A DNA stretch of 63,265 bases, counting the filler. It is 6 parts of 6 records of this genome, joined end to end, with 100 filler letters (N's around TTAATTAATTAA, not from the genome) between each part and the next. Parts side by side here need not be neighbours in the genome. Positions count along the whole stretch, not along the records: positions 54,729 to 63,265 come from SRR31156797_10137; 5 more parts are not named here. One strand, 5' to 3'. The notes under the pieces were generated by a model, which saw only the letters and a program-made list of their open reading frames with translations, made no database searches and was not told the origin of the DNA. The position numbers and the translations under genes were made by a program. Positions 60,359 to 63,265 of the stretch are shown in pieces. Each line of letters begins with the position of its first letter. The first letter of the stretch is position 1.

Positions 60359-60423
60359 AACGGTCACCTCTTTTTTAAATTTATGAACCAGTTACTGTGA
60401 GGTTAATTTTTTGAAAAGTTATA

Positions 60424-60495
60424 CATATGCAACCCGGCTATCTCTTTAGACCCGTGGCTTTCCGTCCTTACCTCACAGTAAGTTTGGCTATCTTT
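60424..60495 (-). ncRNA. c-di-GMP-I (GEMM-I) riboswitch
   Basis: Minus strand AGCCAAACTTACT-GTGA-GGTAAGGACGGAAAGCCACGGGTCTAAAGAGATAGCCGGGTTGC: P2 GNRA loop, GAC..AAAGC junction, CTAA/GATAG receptor, G20 and C92 equivalents. Confidence 0.88.
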
Positions 60496-60530
60496 TATTT
60501 CATTTTATCCCGATAGGGTTTAAAAAAAGC

Positions 60531-61496
60531 TTAATTGTCTCCGCTAAATTTTGCTATTGCTGAGCCCCAAGTGAGACCTCCGCCAAAAGCATCGAGTAAA
60601 ATAGTTGATCCTTTTTGTAGACGACCATCTTCATAACATTCATTAATTGCCATTGGGATTGAAGCTGAAGAGGTATTTCCATACTTTTCAACAGTTAAGA
60701 CTTTTTGTTTATCTTCAAAATCCAAAGCATCACCAACAGCTTTAATAATTCTATAATTTGCCTGATGAGGGATAAAAAGATCTATATCTTCATTTTTATA
60801 GTTGTTTTTAGCCATAATTTTTTGTACATCTGACGTAAGAGTACGTACTGCAACCTTAAAGGTTTCATTCCCTTTCATTTGCATATAAGAGGCCTCTTCG
60901 CTTTGTACTCCAGGAGTCATAAGAAGATCCTTTAGTCCTCCATCACTGCTACATTGGATATCGACTATTGCTTCATCTTTATTATTAGTTGCAGATATAA
61001 TTGCAGCCCCTGCACCATCTCCAAAAAGCATACAAGTAGTTCTATCTGTATAATCAACTATATTACTAAGCTTTTCTGCACCAATGATCAGAACATTTTT
61101 TTTCATTCCAGATTCAACATAAGCTTTTGCAACGCTCAGTGCATAGATGAATCCTGTACATGCTGCACTAATATCAAAAGACATAATGTTCCCAAGGTCA
61201 AGCTTTTTAGCTATTAAACATGCCGTTGAGGGCATGCACATATAATCTGGGCTAATTGTAGCACAAACAACCAGATCTATATCCTCTTTTGCTACTTTAG
61301 CTCTTTGTATAGCAATCTGTGCAGCTTTTACCCCAAGATCACTCGTTTGCTCTTCAGTATCAGCTATTCTTCGCTCTTTAATACCTGTACGTTTAGTGAT
61401 CCATTCATCACTAGTATCCATTCTCTCACAAAACCATTGATTGGTACGAATATTTGAAGGTACATATGCACCAATAGATTTAAACGAAGCATACAT
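60531..61496 (-). CDS. fabH: Beta-ketoacyl-ACP synthase III
   Basis: [33 protein letters not shown]. Confidence 0.96.
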   Translation of the reverse strand: MYASFKSIGAYVPSNIRTNQWFCERMDTSDEWITKRTGIKERRIADTEEQTSDLGVKAAQIAIQRAKVAKEDIDLVVCATISPDYMCMPSTACLIAKKLDLGNIMSFDISAACTGFIYALSVAKAYVESGMKKNVLIIGAEKLSNIVDYTDRTTCMLFGDGAGAAIISATNNKDEAIVDIQCSSDGGLKDLLMTPGVQSEEASYMQMKGNETFKVAVRTLTSDVQKIMAKNNYKNEDIDLFIPHQANYRIIKAVGDALDFEDKQKVLTVEKYGNTSSASIPMAINECYEDGRLQKGSTILLDAFGGGLTWGSAIAKFSGDN

Positions 61497-61505
61497 ATTT
61501 AACTA

Positions 61506-62495
61506 TTAACCTTTATATTTTGCTAGTTTTTCTTCAATATGATCATTAAGATTTGAATCAGCTGCTTTGATTGCTTGAAAAATTGCATTTTTAATCGCTT
61601 TTGCATTTGATTTTCCATGGGCAATAATAACTGGTGATTTAACCCCAATTAGAGGTGCTCCACCATATTCAGCATAATCTACTTTAAGTTTTAGATTCTT
61701 AAAAACTTTTCTCATCAATACTGCACCTGTAATTGCTACTAAAGATCGTCTTAGATCATTTTTAATGAGTGTTACGATTGTATCAGCAACACCCTCTGCA
61801 GTTTTTAATAAAATATTTCCCATAAAACCATCGCAAATTACAACATCAACCGTTCCATTAAAAATATCATTCCCCTCTACATTTCCAACAAAATGTGGTA
61901 AAGGTTCTAAGAGTTTAAATGCTGCTTTTGTTGTTTCATTTCCTTTTGACTCTTCCTCTCCGTTACTTAGTAATCCCATAAGAGGTTTATCAATCCCTAG
62001 AACATCTTCAGCATACACTTGACCCATGATACCAAACTCTTTTAGGTTATTTGCATCACAGTCAACATTTGCCCCAACATCTAGAACTAAGGTATTACCA
62101 TTGATTGTAGGCATCATTGTAGCAATAGCAGGTCTACTTACACCTTTAATTCTTCCAATTCTTAGTGTTGCTAAGCTCATAGAAGCTCCACTGTGCCCTG
62201 CACTTACATAAGCATCAGCTTCACCATTTTTTACAAGTTCAATTGCTTTATATGCACTACTTTCTTTTCTTTTAAGTGCATCAGTCGCTTGATCTGACAT
62301 CCCTATAATATCATCTGCATGATGTATAGAGATTCTCTCTTTAAATTTTGAAGGAATTAAAGGTAAAAGCTCTTCTTCTTGTCCAACAAGTATTGCTTCA
62401 AAATGTCTATCATGTTTTAAAGCAAGCTTTAACCCTTCGATAATGGGAGTGGGACCGTTGTCACCACCCATTGCATCGATTGCTATTCTTAGCAT
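61506..62495 (-). CDS. plsX: Phosphate acyltransferase
   Basis: [35 protein letters not shown]. Confidence 0.96.
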   Translation of the reverse strand: MLRIAIDAMGGDNGPTPIIEGLKLALKHDRHFEAILVGQEEELLPLIPSKFKERISIHHADDIIGMSDQATDALKRKESSAYKAIELVKNGEADAYVSAGHSGASMSLATLRIGRIKGVSRPAIATMMPTINGNTLVLDVGANVDCDANNLKEFGIMGQVYAEDVLGIDKPLMGLLSNGEEESKGNETTKAAFKLLEPLPHFVGNVEGNDIFNGTVDVVICDGFMGNILLKTAEGVADTIVTLIKNDLRRSLVAITGAVLMRKVFKNLKLKVDYAEYGGAPLIGVKSPVIIAHGKSNAKAIKNAIFQAIKAADSNLNDHIEEKLAKYKG

Positions 62496-62647
62496 TAGTT
62501 TTTATATTCACCTGTTGTAGGATTTACATTGTGAGGCATTTTCCATGTTCCATCACTATCCTTTACTGGTCTTTTTAACTGAATTTTATAATGTGTTCTT
62601 CTTTGTAAACCTTTAGATTTACTCACTCTTCGCTTTGGTACTGCCAT
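62495..62647 (-). CDS. rpmF: 50S ribosomal protein L32 (absent from the ORF track)
   Basis: Manual translation [50 protein letters not shown]. Confidence 0.95.
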   Translation of the reverse strand: MAVPKRRVSKSKGLQRRTHYKIQLKRPVKDSDGTWKMPHNVNPTTGEYKN

Positions 62648-62658
62648 TTCTTATCCTT

Positions 62659-63036
62659 TTAATATTCTACTTCTAAATCTTCATTGTCTTTACACTTATC
62701 ACAAGTGTAAAACTCTGAACGTAATGACTCTAATTCACTTTGTAAAAGCTCTTCAAAGTCTACAAAATGATCTTCAACTTCAATAACAATAAGATCATCT
62801 TCATCTTTTTGCTTATAGATTCCATCACTTAATAAAAATTCTGTTTTTTCACTAAGAGGAATACTCATCTCTTCGCCACATCTACAACAATCTACAGTGA
62901 AGTTTCCTTCAATTGTTCCATCTACTTTGGCTATGTTAGTTGATATTTTACTAAAAACACCTGAAAACTTTACTGAATCTGAACTTATATCAAACTCACT
63001 TGTGTTTTGTGGTATTTTTCGAAACTCTATTTTCAT
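62659..63036 (-). CDS. YceD/DUF177-like protein
   Basis: CCRC and CDKC motifs; directly upstream of rpmF. Confidence 0.8.
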   Translation of the reverse strand: MKIEFRKIPQNTSEFDISSDSVKFSGVFSKISTNIAKVDGTIEGNFTVDCCRCGEEMSIPLSEKTEFLLSDGIYKQKDEDDLIVIEVEDHFVDFEELLQSELESLRSEFYTCDKCKDNEDLEVEY

Positions 63037-63048
63037 TTTTTATGAAAA

Positions 63049-63265
63049 CTAACAGATCTCTCTTTGTGAAAAGAAAAATGCAATTTCAACTGCTGCATTT
63101 TCTAAAGAGTCTGATCCATGAACTGCATTTGCATCAATTGATTCTGCGAAATCTGCTCTAATAGTTCCTGCTGCAGCTTCTTTTGGATTAGTAGCTCCCA
63201 TAAGGTCTCTATTTTTAGCCATTGCATTTTCACCCTCTAAAACTGAAACTACAACTGGTCCAGAG
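63049..63265 (-). CDS. ndk: Nucleoside diphosphate kinase (5' truncated)
   Basis: Manual translation [33 protein letters not shown]. Confidence 0.95.
   Translation of the reverse strand, partial: SGPVVVSVLEGENAMAKNRDLMGATNPKEAAAGTIRADFAESIDANAVHGSDSLENAAVEIAFFFSQREIC

Noticed and set aside
62495-62647. L32 without zinc-ribbon cysteines
   Set aside because: Usual form in Campylobacterota and in its normal yceD-rpmF-plsX-fabH context.

Overview
The window is not one locus. It is six contigs joined by artificial 100-nt spacers (N44-TTAATTAATTAA-N44), so nothing can be linked across the spacers. Taxonomic labels below are inferred from gene content and composition only. (1) 1-12252, Desulfobacterota-like: alpha/beta hydrolase, a small lipoprotein, a MalT-type STAND/TPR/SARP-BTAD regulator, an MMPL + DUF1571-LysM + LolA-like + DUF1302-like barrel cluster (candidate trans-envelope lipid transport system), and sdhAB. 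(2) 12353-24444, Desulfobacterota-like: a Liv-type ABC operon with an embedded acyl-CoA ligase, TetR, SCP2-type thiolase, SDR and part of a second paralogous ABC system. (3) 24545-38888, Bacteroidota: housekeeping genes, an orphan CrtA-like gene, a KSDC-repeat lipoprotein, and a pheA-aminotransferase-tyrA-DAHP synthase/CM operon preceded by two unannotated aromatic-rich leader peptides, each with its own terminator/antiterminator (tandem attenuator). (4) 38989-47701, possibly a spirochaete: a genomic island at a tRNA-Pro 3' end with two decayed tyrosine integrase fragments, DUF2971, a 1251-aa nuclease-STAND protein, HEPN-like and DUF4258-like genes and radC (candidate defence island). (5) 47802-54628, low-GC Fusobacteriota/Bacillota-like: aroA-aroC-pheA-aroE/K, an M42 peptidase and a response regulator. 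(6) 54729-63265, Campylobacterota: plsY, folB, Kef antiporter, clpSA, a c-di-GMP-I riboswitch with a visible anti-aptamer/anti-SD platform, and fabH-plsX-rpmF-yceD-ndk. The best leads are the tandem aromatic attenuator, the island's candidate defence genes, the two-carrier lipid transport cluster, the riboswitch platform and the KSDC lipoprotein. All family assignments come from recognised motifs; no database searches were run.
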